A DNA stretch of 64,000 nucleotides from an uncultured bacterium (GTDB lineage: Bacteria > Babelota > Babeliae > Babelales > Babelaceae), in assembly GCA_963846705.1 (NCBI GenBank), contig CAWJWZ010000001.1, forward strand, positions 73,922-137,921, in the 5' to 3' direction. The notes below the pieces were generated by a model. That model saw only the letters and a list, made by a program, of their open reading frames with translations. It had not been told where the DNA came from and made no database searches. Shown here piece after piece: positions 18,660-29,724 of this stretch. Numbering within the stretch: position 1 is the first letter of the stretch; each line of letters begins with the position of its first letter. The position numbers and the translations under genes were made by a program.

Positions 18660-20687
18660 ATGAAAAAGCTAATAAGTAGCCTTATTTACTTTTTCCTCAC
18701 TGTTATTATCTACGGTATGGATAATACACAAGAAGTAAACATATATATCACTCCTCAAGAACGTTTTATACAGGCTGCAAAAAATGGTGATAGAGCTACA
18801 TTAGCTTATTTATTAGAGTATCATGCTCAAGATATCGCTATTAATGCCCCAGATTCTGAAAACGGTCTTACTGCCTTTACTCACGCTGCAATAAATAACC
18901 ACGTAGATGTTATGCAGCTATTAATAGATTACGGCTATGATCTTACTATAAAAGATAACAGTAATAGATCAGGCTATATGCATCTTTTTGCATTTGACAA
19001 TTTTGTTTCTTATATCAATCAGCATAATTGCTTACATGATCTTATACAACAACAGGGAGCTGATATTTTTGTATATGCGAGCCAAAAGGGTGCATTTAAG
19101 CATTTTTTGAGTTTATTACGCTATGGTATTAGTCCTTTTACTACATTTAATAGTGAAGGCCTGACTGCCTTACATGGTGCAGCACAAGGAAACCAAAAAG
19201 CAATAGCGCGCTTACTTCTTGAAAAATATAAGATTAAACCAACTCTACCTTCAAAAGATATGCGTTGTCCTCATCATATAGCAGCATTATACGGAAGCCG
19301 TGAAGTTTTTGATTATCTTATTCAATTTTTAACGCTAGAAGAATTATATTATGCAGAACTAAAGTATGGCACTATACTCCATAATGCTATTGTAGGTGAT
19401 CACCCTACTATGGTTACTTATCTTATAAACGAATTTCCCTTTTTACTCACTATAAAAAATAATTTTGATATGAGCCCTCTTGGCATCGCCGTCTTATATA
19501 ACCGAGAAGATATTGTGCACTTGTTAATTGATCAGTTTAATGTTAATCCTTATGAAGACGAATATGATGGAATACCACTTATACATGTTGCTGCAGCAAA
19601 AGGATACCGTAATCTGGTACAATATTTTATTGAAACAGTAGGCATGGACCCCCTTATAGAAAACACAAAATATAAGAATGCACTCTATTATGCGGCAGCT
19701 TATGGTAGACTTGAGGTGTTACGCTATTTTCTTGAAGAGCTTAGCTATGACCCTTTTTTAACAACACAAACCACTGGTGAAACTTTACTACAGGCAGCAA
19801 TGATAGTGAGCGATTTGCCAGATATAATACATTATCTTATACAGCAGCATAATCTTGATAGTAATATGCCGGATAAAAATGGCAATACGCCATTGGCATA
19901 TGCTGCATATAACGGTCGATATGCCAGCATGCGAGTATTAGTAGAAAGACATAAAGCAAAAATTGATACAACTGATAATCAGCTAACTACACCGCTTATG
20001 CATGCAATTGCTAGAAATCACGTATCAATAGCCCGTTATCTAATTGAACATGCAGGAGCTGATATACATCATAGAGACATGAATGGTAATAGTGTTGTGC
20101 ATCTTGCAGGTAAGCATGAAGCAATGCTCTCATATATACTGTCTCAAAGAAACAAAAAGATAGATATTAATGTTAAAAATAACGTGCATAATACTCCTTT
20201 ACATATAGTAGCGTATGACGTTCAAGGAAATAAGCAAGTAAAAATGCTTTTACAAGCGGGAGCTCAACCAAATAGCACTAATATGTATAATTTAACACCT
20301 TTTCATTATGCAGCTAATAATTCTATACACGCGCTTCTTAAGCAATTTAGTAAATATAGGTCTAAATTATTTAAAGCGTATTATCAGAAATCTTTAATAA
20401 AACTTGCCTACTTGGCACGTAAAATTACGTGTAACATACAAAATCATAATGGTGATACTCTATTACATCTAGCTATTACTGCGAGTCAAGAAGATACTAA
20501 AAACTATGAACAATATGTAAAAATCGCTCAATTTTTACTTACTCTTAATCAAGAATTAGCTTCAGTAAAAAATAATCAGGGTATAACACCTGTTTATCAA
20601 ACAGTTATACAGCATGAACTCACTATGTTAAAACTCTTAACGCAAGCTGCATGTGCTCAAAAAGACACTAATACTCTCTTACCATAA
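18660..20687 (+). CDS. Signal-peptide ankyrin-repeat protein
   Basis: 675 aa. N-terminal leader LISSLIYFFLTVIIYGMDN. More than 12 ANK units (G.T.LH.AA..G). A clean hairpin terminator (18514-18540) lies just upstream, after mnmG. Confidence 0.85.
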   Translation: MKKLISSLIYFFLTVIIYGMDNTQEVNIYITPQERFIQAAKNGDRATLAYLLEYHAQDIAINAPDSENGLTAFTHAAINNHVDVMQLLIDYGYDLTIKDNSNRSGYMHLFAFDNFVSYINQHNCLHDLIQQQGADIFVYASQKGAFKHFLSLLRYGISPFTTFNSEGLTALHGAAQGNQKAIARLLLEKYKIKPTLPSKDMRCPHHIAALYGSREVFDYLIQFLTLEELYYAELKYGTILHNAIVGDHPTMVTYLINEFPFLLTIKNNFDMSPLGIAVLYNREDIVHLLIDQFNVNPYEDEYDGIPLIHVAAAKGYRNLVQYFIETVGMDPLIENTKYKNALYYAAAYGRLEVLRYFLEELSYDPFLTTQTTGETLLQAAMIVSDLPDIIHYLIQQHNLDSNMPDKNGNTPLAYAAYNGRYASMRVLVERHKAKIDTTDNQLTTPLMHAIARNHVSIARYLIEHAGADIHHRDMNGNSVVHLAGKHEAMLSYILSQRNKKIDINVKNNVHNTPLHIVAYDVQGNKQVKMLLQAGAQPNSTNMYNLTPFHYAANNSIHALLKQFSKYRSKLFKAYYQKSLIKLAYLARKITCNIQNHNGDTLLHLAITASQEDTKNYEQYVKIAQFLLTLNQELASVKNNQGITPVYQTVIQHELTMLKLLTQAACAQKDTNTLLP

Positions 20688-20696
20688 ACTATGGGG

Positions 20697-21086
20697 CTAC
20701 TTACACAAGATAGAAGGCGCTAGGTAATCGGTAAGCGTTGGCTGCTCTTCAAATGTTTCTTCTGTAAGTTCTTGAAATGAAGGAGTATCAACACTATCTT
20801 TTAAAACAGTAATATGAGCACCTGACCCAACAATAAGCCCTTGAAGATCTTGCAATCGTTCAGCGATAGTATTAAGATATACACGCACTTCTTCATCTGG
20901 TGTAGTTTTTTTAGTATGCAACACGTGCTCATCTATTTCAGAGGACAGCATTTGTAGCTCAGTAGCAAGCGACTTTTTGAGTTTATCCAAGCGCTGCAGC
21001 GCAGGATCTAATTGTGATCCCCCTATAAGGGGAAAGATTATACTTATCGTACTTATAGTACTTATAACGAGTATATATTTTTTCAT
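20697..21086 (-). CDS. Small exported coiled-coil protein
   Basis: 129 aa. Signal peptide MKKYILVISTISTISIIFPLIGGS. Start ATG overlaps the stop of the upstream micro-ORF (tcATGA). Confidence 0.5.
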   Translation of the reverse strand: MKKYILVISTISTISIIFPLIGGSQLDPALQRLDKLKKSLATELQMLSSEIDEHVLHTKKTTPDEEVRVYLNTIAERLQDLQGLIVGSGAHITVLKDSVDTPSFQELTEETFEEQPTLTDYLAPSILCK

Positions 21087-21223
21087 GATATACCTTGACA
21101 GCTTTCTTCACATATATTTTTATTATCAGTACATGCAGCCATACTAAAGCCATCATATGCATAGCGCATGCATATACTATATTCAGAAATACAGGTAAAT
21201 ACACATGTAGAAGTAGTGTTCAT
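21083..21223 (-). CDS. Unlisted 46-aa Cys-rich micro-ORF (MNTTSTCVFTCISEYSICMRYAYDGFSMAACTDNKNICEESCQGIS)
   Basis: Found by manual reverse-complement translation. AAGGA lies about 11 nt upstream of the ATG. The TGA stop overlaps the ATG of the downstream 129-aa gene (ATGA coupling). Six Cys, no signal peptide. Confidence 0.3.
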   Translation of the reverse strand: MNTTSTCVFTCISEYSICMRYAYDGFSMAACTDNKNICEESCQGIS

Positions 21224-21399
21224 TGCACTATGTTTCCTTATAGTTAAGCAGATTATAGCTTACTCTACGTACTACTTAATTATTGCAAAAATTAATTCAA
21301 ATTTGCAATAATTAATCTATAAGAATATATAACTCAGGGGTCGCGTGATTGGTAAAAAAAGATATACTAAAGACAAAACATTACTATAGTAAGTAGATT

Positions 21400-22194
21400 A
21401 TGTATCCAGTATTATTACATATTTACGGTCCCTTTTTTATTCACAGTTACGGTGTTGCTATTGCTATTGGACTTGCCGCTTTTTATAGAGCAGTTATACG
21501 ACATCCACAATGTCAATATATTATTACGCATACGCAGTTTCACGCACTTATTAACTATGGTATTCTTTTAGGTATTATTGGGGGGCGAGCTTTCCACATA
21601 ATAAATGAATGGCAGAGCTATACCCACACCTATGAGTTTTTAGAATTTTGGCAAGGTGGCTTCTCAATAGCAGGCTCACTCTTATCTATACTTATGGGCA
21701 CTTATTATTATCTTATCCAAAAAAACATAGCAGTGCTCCCATTTTTTGATCTATGTGCATTATATGCTCCTTTACTTGAAATTGCAGGACGTATTGGCTG
21801 TTTTTTTGCCGGTTGTTGTTATGGACTACCAACACATAGTATGCTTGGTGTCACCTATTGTCATCCACAGGTATACGCACCTTTACATGTACCATTACAT
21901 CCAACACAATTATATACTGCAGGTGCTTTACTACTGGCTTTATTGCTAATACATGTTTTATATATATATAAACCTCGCATTTTTACCATAGGGCAAGGCT
22001 ATTTATGTGCACTATATTTAATACTCAGCAATTTGGTACGCTTTAGTGTCGACTTTTTGCGAGCTGATCGTGTTTTTATAAGTACTATATCAAGAATATC
22101 GGTTTATCAAATAATAGCGCTTACTATAATAGTGCTTACCAGTATAAGTATGATCATTATTATGTATAAACGTCGGATACTACGTTTATCATGA
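21400..22194 (+). CDS. lgt: Prolipoprotein diacylglyceryl transferase
   Basis: 264 aa. Lgt blocks GPFFIHSYGVAIAIG, FWQGGFSIAGSLL and HPTQLYTAGALLLALLL are collinear with E. coli Lgt. Overlaps dnaG by 4 nt. Confidence 0.85.
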   Translation: MYPVLLHIYGPFFIHSYGVAIAIGLAAFYRAVIRHPQCQYIITHTQFHALINYGILLGIIGGRAFHIINEWQSYTHTYEFLEFWQGGFSIAGSLLSILMGTYYYLIQKNIAVLPFFDLCALYAPLLEIAGRIGCFFAGCCYGLPTHSMLGVTYCHPQVYAPLHVPLHPTQLYTAGALLLALLLIHVLYIYKPRIFTIGQGYLCALYLILSNLVRFSVDFLRADRVFISTISRISVYQIIALTIIVLTSISMIIIMYKRRILRLS

Positions 22195-23951
22195 ATATTT
22201 TTAGCTATATTAAGTCTCATATATCTATTCTTGATGTTATAAGCGAATATGCAACCCTTAGAAAAACAGGTCATTACTATAAGGGACATTGTCCCTTTCA
22301 CCATGAACGTACTGGTTCATTTACCGTAAGCCCCGCAAAAGAAATTTTCTATTGCTTTGGTTGTCATCAGGGTGGGGATGTCATATCATTTATTGCCAAA
22401 ACTGAGCGGCTCACCCCTTTAGAGGCAGCATATTACCTCAGTAATCGCTATGCGATTACATTACCTGAATCACTACAAGAAGAAAAAGTAAAAAATCCCA
22501 AAAGTGATTACTATGCTTTGTGTGCACTTATTACACAGTGGTGCCATAATATGCTATTACAGCATGAAGCTCCTCGTGCTTATCTTGCCAAACGCGGTAT
22601 AATGCATCAAAGTAGTATATTATTTACTATTGGTTATTTTCCTGTAGGGTATCATGCACTTAAAGAGCTTATACACTTGGCAAAAAAGCATTATATTCTT
22701 ACTGAAGCATTACTAGAATCTAAGATTATAATGGAGGGCAAGCATCAAATATACTCTCCCTTTGAAGATCGTATTATCTTTCCTATTACTGATCACGTAG
22801 GAAGAACTGTAGGATTTGGAGGACGGATATTTAAAGAGGGGGATACCCGTGTTAAATATTATAACTCTCACGAAAATAGCTTTTTTACTAAAGGCGCCCT
22901 GCTTTTTGGTCTACATCATGCTAAAAAAAGTATTATAGAAGAACAGAATGTCTTTCTTGTTGAAGGGTATACTGATTGTATAGCAATGGTACAAGCTGGT
23001 TATACTAATACTGTAGCAACATTAGGTACTGCCTGTACTGTTCAGCATTTGCAACAATTAGCACGCTATGCTTCTAAATTATATGTACTCTATGATAGCG
23101 ACAATGCCGGCTACAATGCATTATTACGTCTAACCCAAATGTGTTGGCAATTTGATCTTGAGGTGTATACGTTACGCCTCCCTCCAGAAGAAGATCCAGC
23201 TTCATTTTTTGCACGTGGAGGTAATCTTACTACATATCTTAATAATGCCGTTGATATTTTTATGTTTTTTGCAGAAAGTTTAGGGCAACAAATGCATAAG
23301 GCGACTGTTGGTGAACGAGTAAATAAAGTTCGTACTTTTTTGCAAATTATAGCACGTATACAAGATCCGCTAAAACGTGATGTTTTATTACAAAAAGCTG
23401 CCACGACTTTTGCTCTTTCATTGTCTACACTCACGCAAGAGCTACAGCGTATACAGCAAAAACATGCATATACGTTACATAATGATCAGTCTAAAATATC
23501 AGTAAGTAAACCAGAAAGCACGTTTCAACTACATGCATTAGAAAAAAAATTATTTTCTGCTATACTAAGTAATGTACATGTGTTGAGTAGCGGTCATGAA
23601 GAGTTTTTAATACAACACTTATCTTTCCCTTTAAATCAGCTGTTGCAGAAGTTACTTAGTTTCAAAACTAAAGTAAGTTTACCTGATACTCTTCACAAAG
23701 AATTTTTTAATGAGCTTGAAGAACAGGAAAAAGAATTGCTGAGCCAAATACTTATAGAAACAGCAGAGATACAGAAAGATAATACATTTGAGCTCTTATT
23801 TGAGCAATTTAAAAAAAAACAATGGAAGCTTATAGTGCACACTATACAAGCTAGACTTGTAGCAGCACAAAAAACACCAAACGCTCAAGAGAGCATTGCT
23901 CAAATACTATTAGATTTTGAAAACGTAAAAGAAAAAATAAAGGGACATTAA
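22191..23951 (+). CDS. dnaG: DNA primase
   Basis: 586 aa. CHC2 zinc finger [13 protein letters not shown]...[20 protein letters not shown] region [12 protein letters not shown]...LYDSDNAG. Confidence 0.9.
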   Translation: MNIFSYIKSHISILDVISEYATLRKTGHYYKGHCPFHHERTGSFTVSPAKEIFYCFGCHQGGDVISFIAKTERLTPLEAAYYLSNRYAITLPESLQEEKVKNPKSDYYALCALITQWCHNMLLQHEAPRAYLAKRGIMHQSSILFTIGYFPVGYHALKELIHLAKKHYILTEALLESKIIMEGKHQIYSPFEDRIIFPITDHVGRTVGFGGRIFKEGDTRVKYYNSHENSFFTKGALLFGLHHAKKSIIEEQNVFLVEGYTDCIAMVQAGYTNTVATLGTACTVQHLQQLARYASKLYVLYDSDNAGYNALLRLTQMCWQFDLEVYTLRLPPEEDPASFFARGGNLTTYLNNAVDIFMFFAESLGQQMHKATVGERVNKVRTFLQIIARIQDPLKRDVLLQKAATTFALSLSTLTQELQRIQQKHAYTLHNDQSKISVSKPESTFQLHALEKKLFSAILSNVHVLSSGHEEFLIQHLSFPLNQLLQKLLSFKTKVSLPDTLHKEFFNELEEQEKELLSQILIETAEIQKDNTFELLFEQFKKKQWKLIVHTIQARLVAAQKTPNAQESIAQILLDFENVKEKIKGH

Positions 23952-23953
23952 TA

Positions 23954-25858
23954 ATGATCAAAAAGACGCCACGTAAAAAATTAGGGACATCGGAACGACG
24001 CAAACCAACAGCATCAGGAGTAGATCTTCATCAAGAACTCATTGAAGGCTTAGTAGAAAAAGGCAGAAAAAATGGCGTAATGACATACGAAGAAATAATG
24101 GAGTTTAGTGATAGAAACCATTTAACTGAAATCGAAGCTAATGATCTACTTAAAGCTCTTGAGCGTGAAAATGTAGAACTTGTAATGCTTGAAGAACTTG
24201 AAGCTGAACGTGGGGAATTGGTAGAATTTGAGAAAGAAGATGCTGGAACACAACATATTAAGACCCATCTTGAATCCTCACTAGAACTTGTTGGTGATGA
24301 AGAAGAAGACTTAGAAGCTGAAGCCGAAGATGAAGATCGTGATTTTGCGCGTGAAGTAGGAGAAAGCACTCCTATAGCAGACGGCGTAAAATCGTATTTG
24401 CGAGATATTGGAAAGATACCGCTTTTAAATAAAAAAACAGAAACTGCTATTGCTGAGCAAATTGCAACGGGAAAGACCGAATCAATTAGTGCTATCTCCA
24501 AGTTTCCGTTTATTCATAAAGAGCTTGTTACTATCGGCGACAGATTGCAAAAAAATACTATTGCGCTTAAAGACGTTATTCAGTTTTCTGAATTTGATGA
24601 AGAAAACTTACCAAAATATGAGGAAGAAAAAAATGCGTTTTTAGCCACGATTAATCAGATCAAAGAACTTATCGAAAACGAAACAAAAATCTATTATAGT
24701 TATCGTGGAACGTTAGATAGCGAAAGCAAAAAGAAAGAAATGCTTGCGAAAATCAAGCAAAATAAAGAGAACATTAGCAAAACAATACAGACTATTAAGC
24801 TATCTAATAAACTTATTAAAAAACTTACTAAGCGTATTGAAAAAGCTATCGGTAAGATCAATGAAAAAATTGAACTTATTAAAGTAGCTGAAATGCAACT
24901 TAAAGCACACAAGCACCCCGTTGCGGAGCATGACCAGCATGAACTTGAAGAAATTGAACGTTCAATACGTAGTGCTTATAAAGGCATTAAGAAAATAGAA
25001 CATGAACTAGGTCTTCCTCAAGACGCTATTTTTAGTAATTATAAGCAACTAATGGAAGGACAATTCAAAGATAAGCGTGCAAAGGACGATCTAGCACGTG
25101 CTAACCTACGTTTAGTAGTAAATATTGCAAAAAAATATGTAAATCGAGGCCTGCACTTTTTAGATCTTATTCAAGAAGGAAATATAGGTCTTATGAAGGC
25201 CGTAGAAAAATTCGAATTTGAACGAGGATACAAATTTTCAACATATGCAACGTGGTGGATTCGTCAAGCAATAACACGTGCTATAGCTGATCAGTCACGA
25301 ACTATTCGTGTACCTGTACACATGGTTGAAACACTCAATAAAATTAACAAAATTAAGCGTACATTTATACAGGAGCATGGGCGAGAACCAAGTCATACTG
25401 AACTAGCTAAAGAGTTGAATCTTGATGAAAAGAAAATTAAGAATATTATAAAAATCTCTAAAGAACCTATTTCACTCCAAACACCCGTAGGTGATAGTGA
25501 AGATGCATTTATTAGTGATTTTATAGAAAGTGAAAACGAATTTTCGCCAGCAGATACCGTAGCCAATAGCGATCTTAAAGAGCGCGTGCGAGAAGTGCTA
25601 AAAACACTTACTCCGCGAGAAGAAAAAGTACTTAAGATGCGCTTTGGCATTGATGTAGCCTCAGAACATACGCTTGAAGAAGTAGGTAAAGACTTTTCAG
25701 TGACCCGTGAGCGTATTCGTCAAATTGAAGTAAAAGCGTTACGAAAACTACGGCATCCATCGCGAAGCAAGAAGTTGCAAACGTTCTTTGATAAAGAGTT
25801 TGCCATGATCGATCTTCCTGATGAAGAAGATAATGACAGCTCAGATAGTGATGAATAA
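23954..25858 (+). CDS. rpoD: Primary RNA polymerase sigma factor (sigma-70)
   Basis: 634 aa. Acidic region 1.1 and non-conserved insert. Region 2 [44 protein letters not shown]. Region 4 [30 protein letters not shown]. Confidence 0.95.
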   Translation: MIKKTPRKKLGTSERRKPTASGVDLHQELIEGLVEKGRKNGVMTYEEIMEFSDRNHLTEIEANDLLKALERENVELVMLEELEAERGELVEFEKEDAGTQHIKTHLESSLELVGDEEEDLEAEAEDEDRDFAREVGESTPIADGVKSYLRDIGKIPLLNKKTETAIAEQIATGKTESISAISKFPFIHKELVTIGDRLQKNTIALKDVIQFSEFDEENLPKYEEEKNAFLATINQIKELIENETKIYYSYRGTLDSESKKKEMLAKIKQNKENISKTIQTIKLSNKLIKKLTKRIEKAIGKINEKIELIKVAEMQLKAHKHPVAEHDQHELEEIERSIRSAYKGIKKIEHELGLPQDAIFSNYKQLMEGQFKDKRAKDDLARANLRLVVNIAKKYVNRGLHFLDLIQEGNIGLMKAVEKFEFERGYKFSTYATWWIRQAITRAIADQSRTIRVPVHMVETLNKINKIKRTFIQEHGREPSHTELAKELNLDEKKIKNIIKISKEPISLQTPVGDSEDAFISDFIESENEFSPADTVANSDLKERVREVLKTLTPREEKVLKMRFGIDVASEHTLEEVGKDFSVTRERIRQIEVKALRKLRHPSRSKKLQTFFDKEFAMIDLPDEEDNDSSDSDE

Positions 25859-25899
25859 ATAAGTATAATATATAGCGAAAGTAAGCGAAATTTAATTAT

Positions 25900-27210
25900 A
25901 TGGATATCCCCCCGGATAGTAGTCTGCTCTATACTAATAGTATTCTTTTTTTAGTAGCATTAGTTGCATGTGCATTATTCTCTTTTTTAGAAACAAGTAT
26001 TACCTCATTGCGATTATTTAGACTTAAAGAGATTGCACAAACGCACAAAAAATATAAGGCTCTTTTAAGTACATTAGAACAAAACCCGGATCGTGTACTT
26101 ATCACCATTTTAGTAGCTAATAATTTGGCTGATGTCACAGCAGCGGTAATTAGTAGCCAAATTATGGAAACCATATCACATATGCTCCAGCTTTCTGGCA
26201 GCGTAGGATTCTCTCTAGGTATTGGACTTACTACTGCTGCTATATTAATTTTTGGTGAAATTATCCCTAAAAATATTGCTAAAGTACATGGACAAAAGCT
26301 CTTTGGTTCTACTTTATGGATTACAAATATAGTATTTTATGCACTCTATCCATTTGTAATATTTTTAGTACGCTTTGCAAATTTTTTCACGCAAAAGGCA
26401 GGTGATGGCAAACCAGTCGAAAGCATGGAATATATTACTTCAGAACGAGAAATTCAGTTTTTAATCGAGTACATCACTGAAAAAGGTCTTATAGAGCAAG
26501 AAAAAACCCAAATGCTTAAAAGTATTTTTAAGCTGAGCGCTACACCGGTAAAAGAAATCATGATACCTGAAACTGAAGTTATTGCTTTAAGTGCACAAAC
26601 AGGATTAAAAGAAACGCTGCAGTTATTTTCTAAATATCAGTTTTCACGCTTACCAGTCTACGAAGGTGAATTTGACAATATTATCGGTATGCTTCACCAA
26701 AAAGACGTATTTCTTATGCTCTTGCGTAACGAAGAAAAATCACTTAAAGAGTTGGTACGTCCTATTATGTTTATCCCAGAAACAATGAAGCTTAACCAAT
26801 TACTGCGTGAATTTCGTGAACAGCGTATGCACATTGCCATGGTTATTAACGAATACGGTAGTGTTACCGGACTTGTTACCCTTGAAGACGTACTTGAAGA
26901 AATAGTTGGCGATATTAGCGATGAATACGAACCGGTCACTTCTAAGATAGTTCCTTTACGTCCAGGTGCATGGCTCGTAGATGCAAGTATTAATCTCGAT
27001 AAGCTTGCATCATTGCTTCGCATTACCTTTGAAACTGAAGAAGCAATTACTCTTGGTGGATTCTTAACAGAGCAATTACAACATTTACCTAAAAAAGGTG
27101 AACTGCTTAGCTATAAGAATTATAACTTTCAGGTACAAAAAGCCAGCCCGAAACGAGTGTTTCAAGTTTTAATTTTTCAGCATGAGCTCCCTCAATTAAC
27201 AGAAAGCTAA
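25900..27210 (+). CDS. CorC/HlyC (TlyC) family transporter: DUF21 + CBS pair + CorC_HlyC
   Basis: 436 aa. Four N-terminal TM helices, tandem CBS domains and a C-terminal transporter-associated domain. Confidence 0.8.
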   Translation: MDIPPDSSLLYTNSILFLVALVACALFSFLETSITSLRLFRLKEIAQTHKKYKALLSTLEQNPDRVLITILVANNLADVTAAVISSQIMETISHMLQLSGSVGFSLGIGLTTAAILIFGEIIPKNIAKVHGQKLFGSTLWITNIVFYALYPFVIFLVRFANFFTQKAGDGKPVESMEYITSEREIQFLIEYITEKGLIEQEKTQMLKSIFKLSATPVKEIMIPETEVIALSAQTGLKETLQLFSKYQFSRLPVYEGEFDNIIGMLHQKDVFLMLLRNEEKSLKELVRPIMFIPETMKLNQLLREFREQRMHIAMVINEYGSVTGLVTLEDVLEEIVGDISDEYEPVTSKIVPLRPGAWLVDASINLDKLASLLRITFETEEAITLGGFLTEQLQHLPKKGELLSYKNYNFQVQKASPKRVFQVLIFQHELPQLTES

Positions 27211-27213
27211 TAC

Positions 27214-29199
27214 GTGAACACTTTACTACGTGGTATACTACTATTTTTAGTAAGCATATATAGTTTGCCGGCGTATGCTAATAATCAAGCTATTTTAATT
27301 ATCGATACGCATGAACATACAAACTATCGTGTACATACGCTTCAGACACTACTAAAAACAGCAGGTTTTTCACCTTCTTACTGTTCTTTATATATGCTTT
27401 CTCAAGAAGACCTTACTACGTATCAAGCAATATTATTATTGCTTGATACGCAGTTCTTAGAGCACGGCCAGCACCCTATTATACAGCAACTATGTACCCA
27501 ATTATCTCAGTTTGCTCAAGAACCTCAGAAAGTAGTTGGCATTTTTATGCCGTCAGGCAATACACCAGGTAATGTATATAATCTTTTTATACAGTTTTTA
27601 GATACTCTTTCACCTACATTATGGCACACTATAACTACTTCTTCTGATTTGCTTGTACAGACAGTACAACTTCTTGCAACTCCTGATATATATTACAGTT
27701 GGTGTTACGATACAGCACTTCTTGCACAACGCAGTCCTTATCAAAAACTTACTGAGCGTGCCTATGCTTTACTTCAACTGCGTGGTGCACAGGGAGAAAA
27801 GGTATACTCTAAAATACTACCAAGCTGTACTATATACCATAATCACAGCTTTTTTCCTTTTGCTCTTATAGTAGAGCATCCATATACACATACCTATTTT
27901 TTATTAAGCAGGCAAAGTTTTTTTACACATAGTGAAATTCAAGAAGATTTTTGGCTACATCCATTAGATACTTATTTACAACAAGAATTTCTTACTACTG
28001 CCCTTCATATACTTCATGAACTGTATTATATAGGCGCACAAAAAACGCTGTGCCCAGTAGTACCTGAAGCACCACGAGTACTTGAAAGTACACCTACTAT
28101 TAAACAGAATACTCAGCCACCTATCTTCTGTGGATGGCTTGAATTAGATCCTATGGTTAGTTCAGCACAGAACGTGCAAGTAGGTATGGAAGCTCTATAT
28201 AAAGCAGGTCTTACTATGCTCTGGCTACAAGCTCGTCCTGAGCTCTATCTCAGCTCTCATGCTCAATGGGCAAACAAACAAGAAGAGTTTTTTACTCAGC
28301 TTGCGCAATTTACTTCTGGTTTACAGCACTATAAGCCAGCACAAACGACAGTACCTGATCTATTTATAGGCATAGAACTTACGGGAAATTTCAGTACAAC
28401 ACCTGTACCTATCTGCGCACAAGATATATATGGCGTATCATATACTAAAATACCAGCACCACTTGATAGAGAACATTTTTGGCAACCTGAAGTATTTGCT
28501 GTATTAGACACGTTTATTAAACGTTGGCCTGAGATAAGTAACGATATACCTATAGGTGGTATTATGTTTGACTTTGAAATGTACCATGCGCAAGACCAAA
28601 CTACGCTCTATACAAGCTATATGGATTTTAGTGATCACTCCTGGCAGCTGTATATACACTACACCAAACAAGCAGAACTTAATCAGCTTGCTACCGTGCA
28701 AGAGAGAGTATTATACTTATACCAGCACAAATTGCTTGATGCTTATTTTGCTATTCTACAAAACGCAGCATGCAATCTTGGTAATGACTTAAGGCTCTTT
28801 ATTAAACAGCGTTTGCCTGGGTGCCGTATAGGAGCATATCTTCCTACGCTTCCGCTATCTTGGTTTTATACAGGAATCTTAGCAGGGCTCAGTACACCTG
28901 AAGAACCCATTATTTTAGCTACGTTTAATACCCATTTTTATCACCATAAACCATGGCTCGAAAAAAATACTATATATGCGTACCATCTTGGAGTACTATT
29001 ACTTTCAAAATTACGCACCCCTGATGATTTTAACTTAATTTCTACTATACGTGCTCATCATGATGGTATTTGGTATAATCGGTTTTCCCGTTTGGTACAG
29101 TCTCGAAACCCAATTAACTGGGAATGGGATTATGGCCTTGAAGTTACCCCTTTAGATACCGCTACTGTTACAGCAGCTATGTGTACTTACCAGCAATAA
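27214..29199 (+). CDS. Large signal-peptide hypothetical protein
   Basis: 661 aa. Signal peptide LLFLVSIYSLPAYANNQA. No motif I recognise. Starts 4 nt after the corC stop. Confidence 0.6.
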   Translation: MNTLLRGILLFLVSIYSLPAYANNQAILIIDTHEHTNYRVHTLQTLLKTAGFSPSYCSLYMLSQEDLTTYQAILLLLDTQFLEHGQHPIIQQLCTQLSQFAQEPQKVVGIFMPSGNTPGNVYNLFIQFLDTLSPTLWHTITTSSDLLVQTVQLLATPDIYYSWCYDTALLAQRSPYQKLTERAYALLQLRGAQGEKVYSKILPSCTIYHNHSFFPFALIVEHPYTHTYFLLSRQSFFTHSEIQEDFWLHPLDTYLQQEFLTTALHILHELYYIGAQKTLCPVVPEAPRVLESTPTIKQNTQPPIFCGWLELDPMVSSAQNVQVGMEALYKAGLTMLWLQARPELYLSSHAQWANKQEEFFTQLAQFTSGLQHYKPAQTTVPDLFIGIELTGNFSTTPVPICAQDIYGVSYTKIPAPLDREHFWQPEVFAVLDTFIKRWPEISNDIPIGGIMFDFEMYHAQDQTTLYTSYMDFSDHSWQLYIHYTKQAELNQLATVQERVLYLYQHKLLDAYFAILQNAACNLGNDLRLFIKQRLPGCRIGAYLPTLPLSWFYTGILAGLSTPEEPIILATFNTHFYHHKPWLEKNTIYAYHLGVLLLSKLRTPDDFNLISTIRAHHDGIWYNRFSRLVQSRNPINWEWDYGLEVTPLDTATVTAAMCTYQQ

Positions 29200-29202
29200 A
29201 TT

Positions 29203-29628
29203 TTAACGGGTCCGTCGTGCCGCCGGTGTAGCTGGTGTACGTCTTGTCTCTGTTGGACGTTGCATAGTAGAAAGTGCTCTCATAATATTTTGACGAGTAG
29301 CTAGTGGCTGTTGCTTAGCCTCAGTATGTGCTCGTTGCAAATATTGACGCGCATGCTTCATTTGATAGGTATCTTCACCATAGCCTTTACGTTGAAAGCA
29401 ATCTACTATCTCTTGCCAAAAGTGTATACGTTCTTCAGCTGTACCTGCAGCTTGACCATAATAGCGTTGTCCTCTTTCAGGACTACCAGTTACCGACTCA
29501 CTCTCATATCCAAGCCATTTGCCAATTTGACGTAACGACCCTTGTATGCCTCCTTCATCTTGCATAGCATGCACCGACTGTGCAAAAATACCAATTACAA
29601 GTAAAGTAGAAATAATAAGCTTCTTCAT
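29203..29628 (-). CDS. Small exported protein with Arg/Thr/Pro-rich C-terminal tail
   Basis: 141 aa. Signal peptide LIISTLLVIGIFAQSVHA. The C-terminal RRTPATPAARRTR tail is encoded by a locally GC-rich patch. Confidence 0.5.
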   Translation of the reverse strand: MKKLIISTLLVIGIFAQSVHAMQDEGGIQGSLRQIGKWLGYESESVTGSPERGQRYYGQAAGTAEERIHFWQEIVDCFQRKGYGEDTYQMKHARQYLQRAHTEAKQQPLATRQNIMRALSTMQRPTETRRTPATPAARRTR

Positions 29629-29724
29629 ACATTAGTCCCTCTTGTTTATTTTTCATATAAAAATTCTATTAGAATTAAATATAAGAATAAATAGAGTACA
29701 AAGTCAATAATTAACCGGACCTAT

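Noticed and set aside
24031-24501. 156-aa Ser-rich antisense ORF inside rpoD
   Set aside because: It is the mirror of the acidic Glu/Asp-rich region 1.1 coding sequence. It has low complexity, no start context, and lies fully within a highly confident gene.
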